The translations under genes were made by a program, and so were the position numbers. 64,000 bases of DNA. Origin: Camelus dromedarius (taxonomy: Eukaryota). Shown here piece by piece: positions 25,442 through 37,900 of this stretch (position 1 is its first letter; every line of letters starts with the position of its first letter). Below the pieces are notes generated by a model, which saw nothing but the letters and a program-made list of their open reading frames with translations, searched no databases and was not told the DNA's origin. The DNA lies in the NCBI RefSeq assembly GCF_036321535.1, contig NC_087436.1:62622001-62686000 (forward strand). Direction: 5' to 3'.

Positions 25442-28339
25442 AGGATTTGTTTCTTTTTATGCATTCAGCCACTCCATCTTTTGATTGAGCATTTAGCCTA
25501 TTTATATAGTTATTGACAGGTATGTACTTATTGCTATTTTGTTCATTGTTTTTGTGTTATTTTGTCATTCTTTTTTGATCCTTCTTCTTTTGCTTCTTTG
25601 TGGTTTGATGACTATCTTTAGTGTCATTTGATTATTTTAAATTTTTGGTATCTTAAGTTTATACACATTTTAACTACCCTACTTTTTACTCCTTCCCCTT
25701 GTTTACTGTTTCGAATGTATTTTACATATTTTTGTTTTTTGTATCTTTTAACTACTTATTTTTGATATAGATAATTTTACTATTTTTGTCTGTCTTAACC
25801 TTCCCATTAGTTTATACATTGTTGGTCGACTGTGTTTCCTCTATATTTGCCTTTATTAATGAGATTTTTCCCTTCATAATTTTCACATTTCTAGTTTTGG
25901 CCTTTTTTTTAAATTTAGCATTTTGTTTAACATTTCTTGTAAAGCTGGTTTGGTGGTGCTAATAAACTTTTTTAGGTTTTACTTTTCTGTAAAACTTTTG
26001 ATCTTTCCGTGAAATCTGAATGAAAGCCTTGCCAGGTAGAGTATTATTGGTTGTAGGTTTTCCCTTTTGTCACTTTAAATATATCATGCCACACCGTCTC
26101 ACCTGCAGAGTTTCTGCTGAAAAATCAGCTTATAGCCTACGGGAATTCCCTTGTATGTAACGCGTTGTTTTTCCCTTGCTGTTTTTAATATTTTCTCTTT
26201 ATCTTTAATTTTTGCCTTTTTAATTACAGTGTACCTTGGTGTGTTCCTCTTGGGGTTGATCCTGTTTGGGACTCTCTGTGCTTCTTGGACGTGGGTGTCT
26301 GTACCCTTTTCAAGGCAAAGGAAGTTTTCAGCTATTGTGGCTTCTAATATGTTCTCTGTCCCTTTCTCTCTTCTCCTCTGGGACCTCTATCATGCAAATG
26401 TTAGTATGCTTGGTATTGTCCTAGAGGTCCCTTAAACTGTCCTCATTTCTTTTTACTTATAATTTTTTCTGTTCAGCTTCAGTGATTTTCAATATTCTTT
26501 CTTCCAGCTCACTGATCTGCTCCTCTGTATCATCTACTCTTTTGTTGATTCCTTGTAGTATACTTTTCATTGTGCTTATTGTATTCTTCACCTCTGTTTG
26601 GTGGTTCTTTATATTTTCTATTTTTTGTTAAAAACTTCTAATTTGTCAGTCTGTTTATCCAGTCTTCTCTTGAATTTTTTGAGCATCTTTATGATCATTA
26701 TCTTGAACTCTTTATTAGACTGATTGCTTATCTCCACTTTTAGTTCTCCACCTGAGGTTTTACCTTTTTCTGTCATTTGTTCCATCATTTGTAACATGAT
26801 CCTCTGTCACCTAACTTTGCTTGATTTGCTGGTCTTATTTCCATATATTTGCTATGTAGGTTATGTTTCCTGGCCTTGGAGAAATGTCCTTTTGTAAGAG
26901 ACATCTTATGAGTCCAGCAGTGCACCACCCTTTAGAGCTGTGTGCTCTAGGGCTGCCCCCTGTGTGAGCTGCATGAGTCCTTCTGCTGTGGCAATCTGAC
27001 AACTCTGGGTGGTTTGGTAGGCGTGGCTGGACCCCTGTCTGGTTGGTTTCCAGGCTCAGCCTTTTTGGGAAACTATGGCCCACTGGTGGTTGGGACAAAG
27101 TATTGAGGAGGCTGGCTGCAGAGTCCTGGGAGTCCCAGGGATATTGTTGACCCACTGGTGGGTAGTTAAAGTAGGTGGATACAGGGCCCAGGGTCCAAGA
27201 TCTAGTGTCATCTTACTGGTGGGTGGGGCTGGTTTCACACACTGTTGGCTGCAGGGTCTGGGGTGTCCCAAAGCTTTAGTCTATTGGTTGAGGGGAGGTC
27301 TATGTCCCAGTATCTCTGGCTGCAGGGACCTGGGATCCTAAGTTAGTGTGCCAGCCTGCTGATGGGCAGGCCTGGAGGCCCGGTGGTCCAGGGGTTGGTG
27401 CCTGCCCATTGCTGTGTGACCTGTTCCTACGGGTGGTGCTGGCTCACTGGTGACTGGAGCTCTGTCCTGGAGTCTCTGGCTGCAGCATTCTGGGAGTCTC
27501 ATAGTTGCTTTTGGTCTGATGGTTGTCATGGCAGGGTCCCAGTAGCTGTCTGTAGGGCCCCAAGCGGTCCTGGGGCTAGTGCCAACACACTGTTGCACAG
27601 GGATTAGTCCTGAGCCCTCTGGTGGACAGACCCAGGTCAAAGGGTGGCTGTGGGCCCGGGGGCCTTAAGGCAGCAGGCATTCTGTGGTTTGGATCTTTGT
27701 CCACCCAGCTAGTTGCTTGGCCTGAGGTGTCCCGGTACTGGTGTGTGGGGCCAGGTCTCGGCATTAATAAGCTAGAACAAGGATTCGAGAATGTTATTTG
27801 TCAGTATCAGTGACCTCCTGGTAGAACTAACTCCCTAAAATGGCTACTAATAGTGTCCGTGTCCCCAGGGTGAGCTCTGGTTACCTCCTGCCTCTCCGGG
27901 AGGCGCTCTAGAATCAGCAGTGCGTACCCTTTAATAGTGGCATCTCTACACCCTACAGCCCTCTGGCCCTCCTGAAAATAAGCCCTGCAGGCCTTCAGGG
28001 GCAAATGTTGGGGGCCTGTCGTCTTGATGTAGGACCCCTGGGCAGCCAGTTCAAAGTGAGTCTCATACCCCTCCCTCCTTGGGGAGAAGCTCTCAGACTG
28101 TAGTCGTCCTCCTGTTTGTGGCTCACCGACTCAGAGGATGGGCCTTGACTATACTGGGATTCCACACCTCCAACCTGTCTCATTCTGGTTCCTTCTTTCT
28201 GTCTTTAGTTGCAGAAGATCCTTTCTTCCAGTCTTTCTCATCTATAGCTCTTCTTTAAATAGTTGTAATCTTGGTGTTCCTGTGTAAACTTGGTCTTTCT
28301 ACTCTGCCGTCTTGGCCACTCCCTGAGAAGATAAGTCTT

Positions 28340-28468
28340 AATGTTTTATAAATCAGGCATTTACAGAAAGTCAGTCTCTCAGCTCTAAAGTTTCCTTCTT
28401 CTGAGGGAGCATGCATGAGATTCTCAATTTTATAACATTTGGTTCCAATTCAGATTGAAGTCTTCACA
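28340..28468 (-). mobile_element. ERV-type solo LTR, 5' part (continuation of 23224-23469)
   Basis: Follows the L1 TSD directly and ends in 'cttcaca', a TG start on the minus strand. The boundary is approximate. Confidence 0.55.
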
Positions 28469-28482
28469 GAGTCAATAGTATG

Positions 28483-28539
28483 AGTTTCTAGAAAATTCTC
28501 TAGGTGATATTAGTGCATCCTATAGTTTGAGAACCAGTG
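28483..28539 (+). mobile_element. MER5A-like right end
   Basis: 'tttctagaaaattctctaggtgatattagtgcatcctatagtttgagaaccagtg' matches the MER5A terminus (caggtgattctgatgca...tttgagaaccactg). Confidence 0.7.
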
Positions 28540-29527
28540 AGCTTAGTATGTGCAAAAGATAGATGATTTTAACCCAGGTACTCAAGAAATCTGAAATCAG
28601 GCATCCTTACCACTATTATAGTACAAAATAATATTTTTAAATTTGAGATTCATGGGGTTTGAGTGAGTGGGTCTCAAGGGACTTAATTCAACTCTTGTGT
28701 GATGTTTGTTGGTCTTTTATATGTTAAAGATAGTCGAACTAGCCAAAAATATTACGATGTGTGTAATTTTTTAATTTGTTTTACTTTCAAAATTAGTATT
28801 AGATTCCTGGTCTGTACGAAAAATAGTCTCTTTTAACAATATTTTATGGCAAACTTTCTTGAACATAATTATTATAACATTTTCAGATATTTTACTTAAT
28901 TTTAATAAGTTGAACGTTAATATTGATTCTATGCATAGAGGTGACTTCTTATTGAAGTATTTAAATTGCTGTATACTTTCAATAGTGTCCTCAATGTCTC
29001 ATTTGTCCCCACAGTAGATGAATTTTGAATGTTCACGAGATTTTTTAAATGTTAATGCTTACTATTTGGATGTTAAGTTAATATTTCACAGTTGTATATG
29101 GTTCAGTTTAGTTTATAGAAATCACACTTGGCTATTCTTAATTTTGCCCCAAAATTATTTTTGTGAATTTTTCATATAACATGAGCTTATAAATTTAAAC
29201 ATAACTTCTTTTCAACCATATTGATAAAAAGGTATTTTAAAATGAAGAGTTGTTTTTTTTTTTATCTTTCTGATTCACATTTTGACAAGCATCAGCAGTT
29301 ACTTTGAGCTATGTGACATTATAATTTCCTAGAGCTACTGCATTGACCAGGACTAAAGCAACATCCCATCTAATTTGTACCTTTTACACTCTCATAGAAA
29401 CAGTAACCAGAAAACCAATTTTTTTGTGTGTCTAAAATAACAGTTAAAAAAGGAAAAAGATCAGAGCAAGAACTTCTGTAAATTATGTTAATGAATCCAG
29501 AATGAACAGTTGCTTAGAGACCGCTAA

Positions 29528-29564
<37 letters not shown>
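29528..29564. repeat. (AT)n followed by poly-T
   Basis: Directly visible. Confidence 0.95.
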
Positions 29565-32030
29565 GATATGTTAGTCTGCTTTTTTTGTTCTCAATTCTTG
29601 GCTATATTTAGTAGATGGGATAGTAAATTGGTTAAGTGTAAGAATAATAACAAAGCATTTGCAAGCTAAAAATGAAACCCTTGCTTTTAAAGATGAGAAC
29701 ATGCTTGGAGAGCATCATTTATTATAAATTCATGATTCACTCCATTTCTTCTTTAGCCTCCAACCAGCATAGGCATCTGTTTCATCCTTTCTTTAATGCT
29801 GAAACAAGAGAATTGAAATATCATACACCAGCCATTCCTCATGGGCTTAAAGTCTTTTATTCCTTATTCTCTAGTGAGTGCTGATGACAAACTACCAAAG
29901 CTCTAGGGAAATTATCCCAGGTGGTGGCTGTGGCAAGAGAAAGGAACATTGCTCCTAAATGGTGGATTGCTTCTGAATGAATGCCTTGTGTTAGATGATC
30001 CCCAGTCTCAGCAGGATTTTCAAAAGAGATTATTGACTTGCTGCCCTAATGTCTCAGGCCAGCAACCTGTAAATCATATGACAGAGACGACAGAAAGTTT
30101 ATTTTTTTGGACAGAAAGAAAAAGAATTCAGATTCCCTTAAAGAAGATTGAAACTCCAATTATTGATTTTTGAGAGAGACAAAATTAATAGAGGTTTCTT
30201 GCCTTCCATCCAGGCAAATCTCAACTTCAGCTGGCTGAAAATTTTTGTACCTTTAACATCCAGACTGTAGCACAAAATCTGTTGCTAGTTTTCACCCTCC
30301 CTGCAAAAATGGAACCTGGATTCATTTTTATTAATTTGTTTTTGATCACTATTACTTGTTATATTTAAAATACAACAGTTTTTACTTGTGGATATAGTGA
30401 GGGACATTTTGCTAGTATTTTCCTGAAGTCAGTTTTATTAAAACTTATTTTTATTGGGTTCAGTACTCTAGTTGTTTTCTGGGATGGTATTTTGCCATTT
30501 ATAACTGAAAGATTTGTACATATTATGCTGTGTTATTGGGTAATTTGAGATTCTGTTGGCTAATTTTGAATTGTTTGTGGTAGGTAAATACAGTTATAAA
30601 TACGACAAATACTCATCTATTTCATGGCTGCCTGTGTCTCCCAACTTGAGAGTTGACCAGTCACAATCCTCTTATTATTCTATGTACCTTGCTCCCCATT
30701 TTCTACCATTAATGCCCAAATAGCAATTAGCTGGGACCTATTAACAAACAAGTCTCCTGCTGTCATAGAGTGTAAAGAGATCAGTTACAAACACAGCAAA
30801 ATATTATGGTAAATCCTTTTGCCATTTGCACATGTGAAAAAGAAAAGGAAATCCCGAAGTAGAATTTGGAAGGTTTCGTGTACTCACAAAGCAAATGACT
30901 CCTCGGGCTTCCACAATGCGCATGCCCTATCAGTGGCCTCGCCGCAGTATTTTTTTATTTCCTCCTCTTCCTCCTCCCCACTTCTTAAATCTTCTAATCC
31001 TTTACCTGAACTATCAATATAGGGTTTAAATGTATATTTTAATTGATGCTCTTTAATATCATCTGACATACATAAAAATTGGAAATAGATTTAATTTTAT
31101 TAAAGTTTATATTGGCCACATCAAACATATATTGAGTGGTCTTTTACTTATTTTGGCAAAATACAAACAAGAACAATAAGCAACCTTTTCCCTAAACTTT
31201 ATTATTTTATACACCTCTGTTACTCCTGTATTTCTCTTTCCTAAAGAAAAAAGTGGTATTGAAACACTGATAATAAACAAAAGCAGTAAAATTTATGATC
31301 TAATGAACTCATAATGCCTAATGCATTCCATTTTATAACATGTTTACAAAAGAACCCTATTCATTTTTTCTATTGCTTTATAAAGAATCCAAAGCAGATT
31401 ATATCGTTTCTGTACCCACACATACAGGCTTCATATTCAAATATTGGGTTCAACTGTACAAAATTCTATTATCAGAACTCCCAGTACAATTTTAGACTGA
31501 ATTAATTGCTAACATTTAAAACAATTGATTTTTACATAAAACTTGTATTTCGTCCTGTCTCAAAACATAAGAAAATCTAGGTCTTCTAGGCTCACATTTT
31601 GGCATGGCCTTAGCGTCCTTGTGCTGAATGTTGACTGCTCTCTTTGGTTCACAACTGTTACTTTCTGATGAAGCACATTCATTCCTATTACCTTCCTGAT
31701 CTGAAAGCATTTCCATTTTAGACCCAGGTTTATCTATCTTCTCATTCTTTCAGAATTCCTTCTTAGTCTATCCAAGAAAAATTTCACTGAAAATAATTCA
31801 TTTTCTAATAAAGCTCTTTCTTTCATTGTTTGATGATTTTTAATTAGAGGTATGACTTTCATTAAACTCACACCCTGTCTGAATAAGAAAAAACTTAGCT
31901 GTATGCTAGCAAGTGTCAAACATGTGAAAGAGTATCATGGAATAAAGACTAATTTCTTGTGGGGTTCCAGAATTGAGAACACAGACTGATAGTTACAAAG
32001 AATTTCTAAATATAAGAAGGTATTTATTAA

Positions 32031-32465
32031 TATATTTTAGTTAGGTTTTGCTATATAACAGAGTACCCCCAAATTTAGTGGCTTAAAGCAACCACCCTTC
32101 ATTCAGCTCATTGTTCGGTGAATTGGCTGCATAGTTCATCTGACCTGAGGCCACCCAGGGATCTCTGTTGGGATCATACGTGCAGTCTCAGTCACTTAAC
32201 AGGTGATTTAGTAGGCTATTGGCAGAGTGTCAGGGCTGACTTTGTTACTGTCTTTCCTCATCCAAAAGGCCTCTCCACGTGCTAGTTGCAGGGTTCCAAA
32301 AGATGAGAAGCTGCAACATCTCTTCAGGCCTGGGCTTGAAATTTGATACAGTGTCACAAAACAATTTCTAAGACCAGCCAAGATTCAAGAGATAGGAAAA
32401 TAAGATCCCATCCCTCAGTGGGAAGCAAGTTGAAAATTACTGAGGTTATTTTTTGTAATCTACCA
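32031..32465 (-). mobile_element. MaLR solo LTR (MLT1H/I-like)
   Basis: 'gttaggttttgctatataacagagtacccccaaatttagtggcttaaagcaac...accagccaagattcaagagataggaaaataagatcccatccctcagtgggaag...ttttgtaatctacca'. Confidence 0.85.
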
Positions 32466-33309
32466 AGTAGCCATGAAATAGTTCCTTATTTATCAAGGAA
32501 AGAGTTTCTTGACAATAAATGCAAAGCCTTTTTCTCAGATTCACCTATGCATGTAAGGTTAGCAACTTCTACTTTGCTTGGTAGCAAAAAACTTTCCATT
32601 TTCATAACTGTCTCATAGAATTTTAAACAATTCTCCAATCATTGTTTTTACATTGAAAAACATTCTATCAAGTTTACTCTTCCTAGTAATATAATGCAAA
32701 TACATAGGATCTATCTGCCTTAGTTGAGCACAGCCAGCCTTTTCTGCCTTTTCTTCTGAGTCTTTTTCTTATTTAACTCAAGTATTTATAACAAAATATT
32801 TTTAAAAATTTTTTGATACTATTACCCTTTCCATGAAGCATTTCAAGTTGCTTACAAGTTGGCGGGGAAAACACCACACACAAGCCACCCACCCTTCACT
32901 AAAATTTGCCAGGGACACATAAACTTAATAAGCTAGGGTGTGCACAGAACAGGAACAGATGATACACGTTAACACGTGTCCTTTTCTTGGCCCCTTAATA
33001 TTAAAAAGTGTATACATCTACTGGATACAGTCTCAGTAGGAATCATCCTGACAAATTTGAGAAAATACACTATTGCAAGTTATTATCTTTATATTCAGGC
33101 TTATATCCAATTTCCAGAAACTTTTAAATCTATGCCCTTTCTTTAAAGGAAATGACTCTGAAGCTCTTGCACCTGTATTACTGTAGAACCACATGCCCAA
33201 GTCACTGCATAGCATTTCCACATAACTACCCTATTCATGCAGTATTAACTAATTGATTTTCCTTGCAACTTTCTTCTTGTATTGTTTTCCACAAGTTGTT
33301 CTTTTACCA

Positions 33310-34190
33310 CCATGTCCCTAATCACCGAGGTACCAAACTTGACTTCTCTTTTCCATTATGGTTTCATATCCAAGGAGCTTCTGAATTCTGTTATTCCAGC
33401 CTTCAGATCTGCCTCTGCATCCTGTGCCTATTTCCTCTCCCAATATGCTACCCGCCTGGTGTCTAAACTCAGCTTCTGGCAGATTTCACCAAGTCCGAAT
33501 AAAATATGTACACCCTTAACTATATTGATTTTATCAAAGCAAAATTCTGATATGTCTATTCTTCTACTTTAAAAAGGGAAAAATAAGGGCCAGATTTATG
33601 AGACAAATGTGAAAAATTCATATAGCTAAAATTTAATTTGACTTGCCTAATATTTCCCACTATGCTGTTTGACACATACATGGTGCATCCCCCAATTCCT
33701 TTTGTTTGCTTTTTCTGTTTCCTTTCCTAGAATTTCTTCCCCTCACTGTCATCATAGTCAAATCATAGGCATTCTTTATGGTCCACTTCCAAATGCTGTC
33801 TTCTGCGTGAACTTTCCTATTCTTTCCTTCAATGCACTCATCTGTTTCATCTATGATTCACCATTACTGATCACTTTTAATATGATAATTCACTTGCGCA
33901 TAGGACTCATTTCCCACATTACCTAACTGTCTGGTTCAAGTTTCCTTCTTCACAATGGGAAGTGTGCCTCGTAGGCAGTCAACTGTAGATTTGTTCACTG
34001 AGTGAGTGTTAGAATTCAGTCCGGATCCCACATTAGCCTGATTACTTTCCCTTATATCCAGTCTGTGGTGTACTCTCTTTAAAGGCAAAAACTGTTTTTT
34101 ATTCATTTATTTTGTGTGTGTGTGACATCTACTGTATAGCATATTGTCTGCTTTCTGGTAGATGCTGAGTTCACATTTATGTAATTACTG
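33310..34190 (+). mobile_element. L2 fragments through the 3' end
   Basis: 'tccagccttcagatc...gtgtctaaactcagc', 'aaagcaaaattctgatatgtc', 'ctctttaaaggcaaaaactgt...tagcatattgtctgctttctggtagatgct'. Confidence 0.55.
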
Positions 34191-34411
34191 AAATATTCCA
34201 GTCTCTGAACTGTCATCTTATAATGAAATACAGTAAGCTGAACCCCCCATTTTGATAAGTTTTTGCTAGCATTAGATCATGTAAGATCAGTACTTCTCTA
34301 TACTGAAAATATATTTCTGTTGATTAGGATAAGATTTTATTAGAATTTTGGTTGCCATATACATTATAATTAAATTACAGACATGTAAAGTAGATGTCTG
34401 CATGTGTGAGC

Positions 34412-34438
34412 GTGTGTGTGTGTGTGTGTGTGTGTGTG
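34412..34438. repeat. (GT)n microsatellite
   Basis: Directly visible. Confidence 0.95.
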
Positions 34439-36679
34439 AAAATAGCTTTTAAGGAAGATGGTATCCTTTTTCAAAGCATTACTGTTTTCAAACTAAGAAT
34501 AGAATTCCACAGGTACCCCAATTTAATTTTAGTTCTTATCCCATCCCCTTTAGAACTTTGTGATTCTGATTTTTCCACAACTGTTTTAGTTCATTTCATA
34601 ATTAGATTTAAAAAGCATACTTTTTGAAAAATTTTCATTCAAGATAAAAAGAACAGGACATATTCTATGACAGTTACTAGATAAAATAAGCCAGGCTGAC
34701 ATAGACATATGAATACTATTTGAATGTATTGAGTGTATTAAATGTATTTGAACTCATTAAATCCAGTTTGCTTAATTATACTAAGAGAACTAAAAATTAT
34801 CACTCTCTTGACTTATCCAATGTTATAATAATCACCAAAAAGTCTGGCAAGCCAAACATCAGGCAATTCTTTGAAAATTCCTAACTTGTACCTTTGTATG
34901 CTAATATGTCTGTGACTTTATCAATTAAATTAACTACTATAGAAAGCAGATTAGGCATTTCATATACATGGTACCTATACCCAAATATTTCGGAACTGTT
35001 ATTTAGTATACTTTCTCCTTTTTTAAACTAACATACACATACATTTTATCACAAGATGGCCAAGAAGAGAGAATAGAAAAAATATTAATAGTAAATATCT
35101 CTTAAACAACTATGCACATCTTATAAAATTTATTTAGGTGAATATTGTTTGAAATAAAGGGAAAAACTGAGTTTAATTTTCTTGTCTTGACATAAATGAC
35201 CGTGTCTGGATGTTATATTTAACTTAGTATCGCTAACACGCGAAGTTATATGGATTTTTTTTTCTGGAATTAAATCAGTGAAGATTATTTTTAAAAGGAA
35301 CACAAAAGTGTAGATGAAAAACTACTTTTTAAATGAAATTTATTTCATTTATCATCTCAGCCCTAAAGGAAGATTCTACTTTTTAGGTGTTCATTTGTTA
35401 TTTCAAGGAAATGAGACAGTATAAAGTAGTTGTGAAGATACATTTGTGCTTTAAACAATCTTACACTTTTTTTCTTTGGATGACAATGGAACACTTTAAC
35501 GTCTTTTAATAGTATAATCTAAACTGCTGAATTAGAAGAACTCCAAGTATTGCTTTCCCACTTGTATGCCTCATTAATGTGCTCACATGCTTTTTTCTTG
35601 GTATGAGACTCTGCAAAAGGAAGACTGAGCAAAAAATAAGTTCACCATTTTCATACAACTAAATTAATGGAAGGATTTCTAAAACCTTTTAACAAAACAT
35701 CATCTAGGTCATCAATAATAATTGAGTTTCTCTTAGGAAGTGATTTGTTCACAAGAAATGAATACAGACTGTACTTTGAAAATATGGAGTTTTCTGAAGT
35801 TTCTAAAAAGTTTTCTAATGTTCCATATATAATTTGAATTTCAGAGGGAGGGAAGGAGAGGGAGAAAGAACAAAAAACATATTCTAGGACCAGGATTTGC
35901 ATTTTTAATACAAATGTCAAGAAACCATTGCTTACTAGAAAACTTATTTACACTTTTTGAAATTAACATTTTCATATGAAACTTCAGACAAAACTCCTAT
36001 ATGAAGGGTCAGCAAAGGTGATTTTTTCAAAAACTAGATCACCTTTACTTGGGGAAAATAATATTCCAAAACAACCACATGATTTGTGAATATATTCAAT
36101 CAAGAATTGATCATATATGCTAAAATCATGCCTTCCTGTGTCTAGTACATTCAATTTTTGAAGCACTGACATAATTTAGGTTTCATTTTTCTCTTTTTCT
36201 GCTTGCTTTATTATTCTTCAAGAACTTTCTATTTATCTCTTCATTCACTGTCTTTAGTTATGGTTTGTTTTTGTTTTTCACTTGTAGCATTATGGCTGTC
36301 ATTTTTGTGTATGTGTGTTTGGTAAAGGTACAGACGCATAATGTCTTTCTTTTTCTGATATTTTTGGATACACTGAACGATAAGTAGAATTTAGTGGTAT
36401 TCATACAATTTTTGAAAACATCAGATTTCTGAATAATAAAAGTATTATTGCCTGTGTTTACTGAGCAAAGATTTGAAAGGGAAAACGGCATGTTTTTAAA
36501 TGTCACTCAATGGTAATCAATTAGAAAATTTTTTTTATTAATAATGCCACTTTATGTATTTTGAGTTGCAATAACTATGGTGATTATTATATCTTACCAG
36601 GGAATTAAACATTTTGTCTTTAAGCAATGATGAATTTACTTCATACGATTAGACAATGAAAGATATTTTCTCTTGGAAT

Positions 36680-37900
36680 ATTAAGGATATAATTCCATTC
36701 ATCTTTGTGCTGTGTTGTTCCCATTCTCTTGTAGGTGATCTGTGTCCCTTTTTTTCCTCTTGGTTTGGCTCTATTATGTCCTTTTGTGTTTGGGCATATA
36801 TATTTCCTCTAGATACATTTAGGTGTTAAACCTCTTAATATAATTTTTGCTTGGGATTTCTTAGAATTCTTGAATCTTAATATTGGGGTCCTGAAAATTT
36901 TTCAGTCATTATTTATTTTATTTATTGACACTGATTTTCTCGCTTATCTTCTTCTGGATCCCTGATTTGAGTAGTTGATATTCTGACTCCATTTTTCAAA
37001 TCTCTTCTCTTTTTTCCCTCTATTTTTGCCTCTCTAGACTACATTTTAGATGTTGAAGACAGAAACACCTCTTGAATATCTGAAACAGATAATTAAATTT
37101 ATTATTTAATTTAGAGAGAGTTACACTGGACAAGCAAATATAATTGAGAATAAAGTGTTGAGGTTTTGAGAAACATTTGGGGAAGTTATGTTGGTTACAG
37201 AGATGGGAATAGATTATTATCAGTTTAGAAGCATGCTCACTGGATTGAACGCCCTTTGGAGATTTGCTGACCCTTAAAATATGTGGCTGTCACTGACTGG
37301 TTAACTTTCAGAAGCATGATCACTGAAACAAATTGGCATTGATTGAGAGGTTGAAAATCAATTCTGGAATTTACTTGATACTATGACTATAAACAATCAG
37401 TCTTTTTCTGGGAGCATGAGGACATGAAAACAATCATGGATAATTGCTTCTGACGTATCTCCTATGGTTCACTAATCCTCTCTTCAGCTATGTCTAATTG
37501 ACTGGTTGATTTATATATTGACTTTATAATTACTACAACTATATTTTTCATATCTATAAGTTATACTGGCTTCTTTTTTCACATTTTACCTGCCCATCTT
37601 TAACATTTAATTTTGTTCTTTACTCACATTATATGCAGGCATTTCTATTCTACATGAAAGAATTCCATTATCTGAATCTTTCACAAGTTTGTTTACTTTC
37701 TGATTTTTGTTAAGCTTCTTGTTTTCCTTGGAATTTTGTCTGAGATAATACTTTGAAGCATATTTTAAAGTAAAGTTCTGCCAAGGAGTTTTATGTATCT
37801 TTCAGAAGTAGCCTGAAGATGACCCTAACTAAAATTATTTTAAATTCAGTTTCTTACCTGAGATTTATTTTTTAACTACGTGAGAAACATCAATTAAGAC
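36680..37900 (-). mobile_element. Ancient L1ME-like ORF1-region fragment interrupted by an LTR
   Basis: 'cctgaaaattttttcagtcattattt', and the text 'ctctagactacattttaga|...|tggataattgcttctgacgtatctcctatggttcactaatcctctcttcagctatgtctaat' reads as one continuous L1ME-like sequence across the insert. Confidence 0.65.
37051..37436. mobile_element. Solo LTR (ERV1-like, 386 bp)
   Basis: TG...CA termini (tgttgaag...caatca), 4-bp near-TSD taga/tgga, internal repeat agaagcatg(c/a)tcactg, and a clean interruption of the L1ME-like sequence. Confidence 0.7.

Larger units (their letters stand above)
23482..28325 (-). mobile_element. LINE-1 retaining both termini (5'UTR, ORF1, EN domain, ORF2 C-terminus, 3'UTR) but lacking the RT region
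   Basis: Minus-strand translations: ORF1 EAQRVPNRINPKRNTPRYTVIKKAKIKDKEKILKTAREK (~26165-26285); EN AEHTPFSSAHETLSRIDHML (~24760-24820); ORF2 C-terminus KKNEILPFVATW...MNLEDIML. 5' terminus 'gggagtggccaagacggcagagtag' carries a YY1-like site. GC-rich 5'UTR ~26870-28323. Degenerate TSD aggagatgtctt (23470-23481) / agaagataagtctt (28326-28339). Confidence 0.95.

Noticed and set aside
26835..28183. Dense overlapping ORFs on both strands suggesting a gene or CpG island
   Set aside because: They lie in the GC-rich L1 5'UTR, where stops are rarer. The peptides are unrecognisable and CpGs are largely decayed.
29882..29976. Possible C/D-box snoRNA (TGATGA ... CTGA)
   Set aside because: The C box lacks the leading purine, there is no terminal stem, and no recognisable guide.
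31608..31630. Second RE1-like word (minus strand TTCAGCACAAGGACGC)
   Set aside because: Wrong spacing and a broken right half-site.
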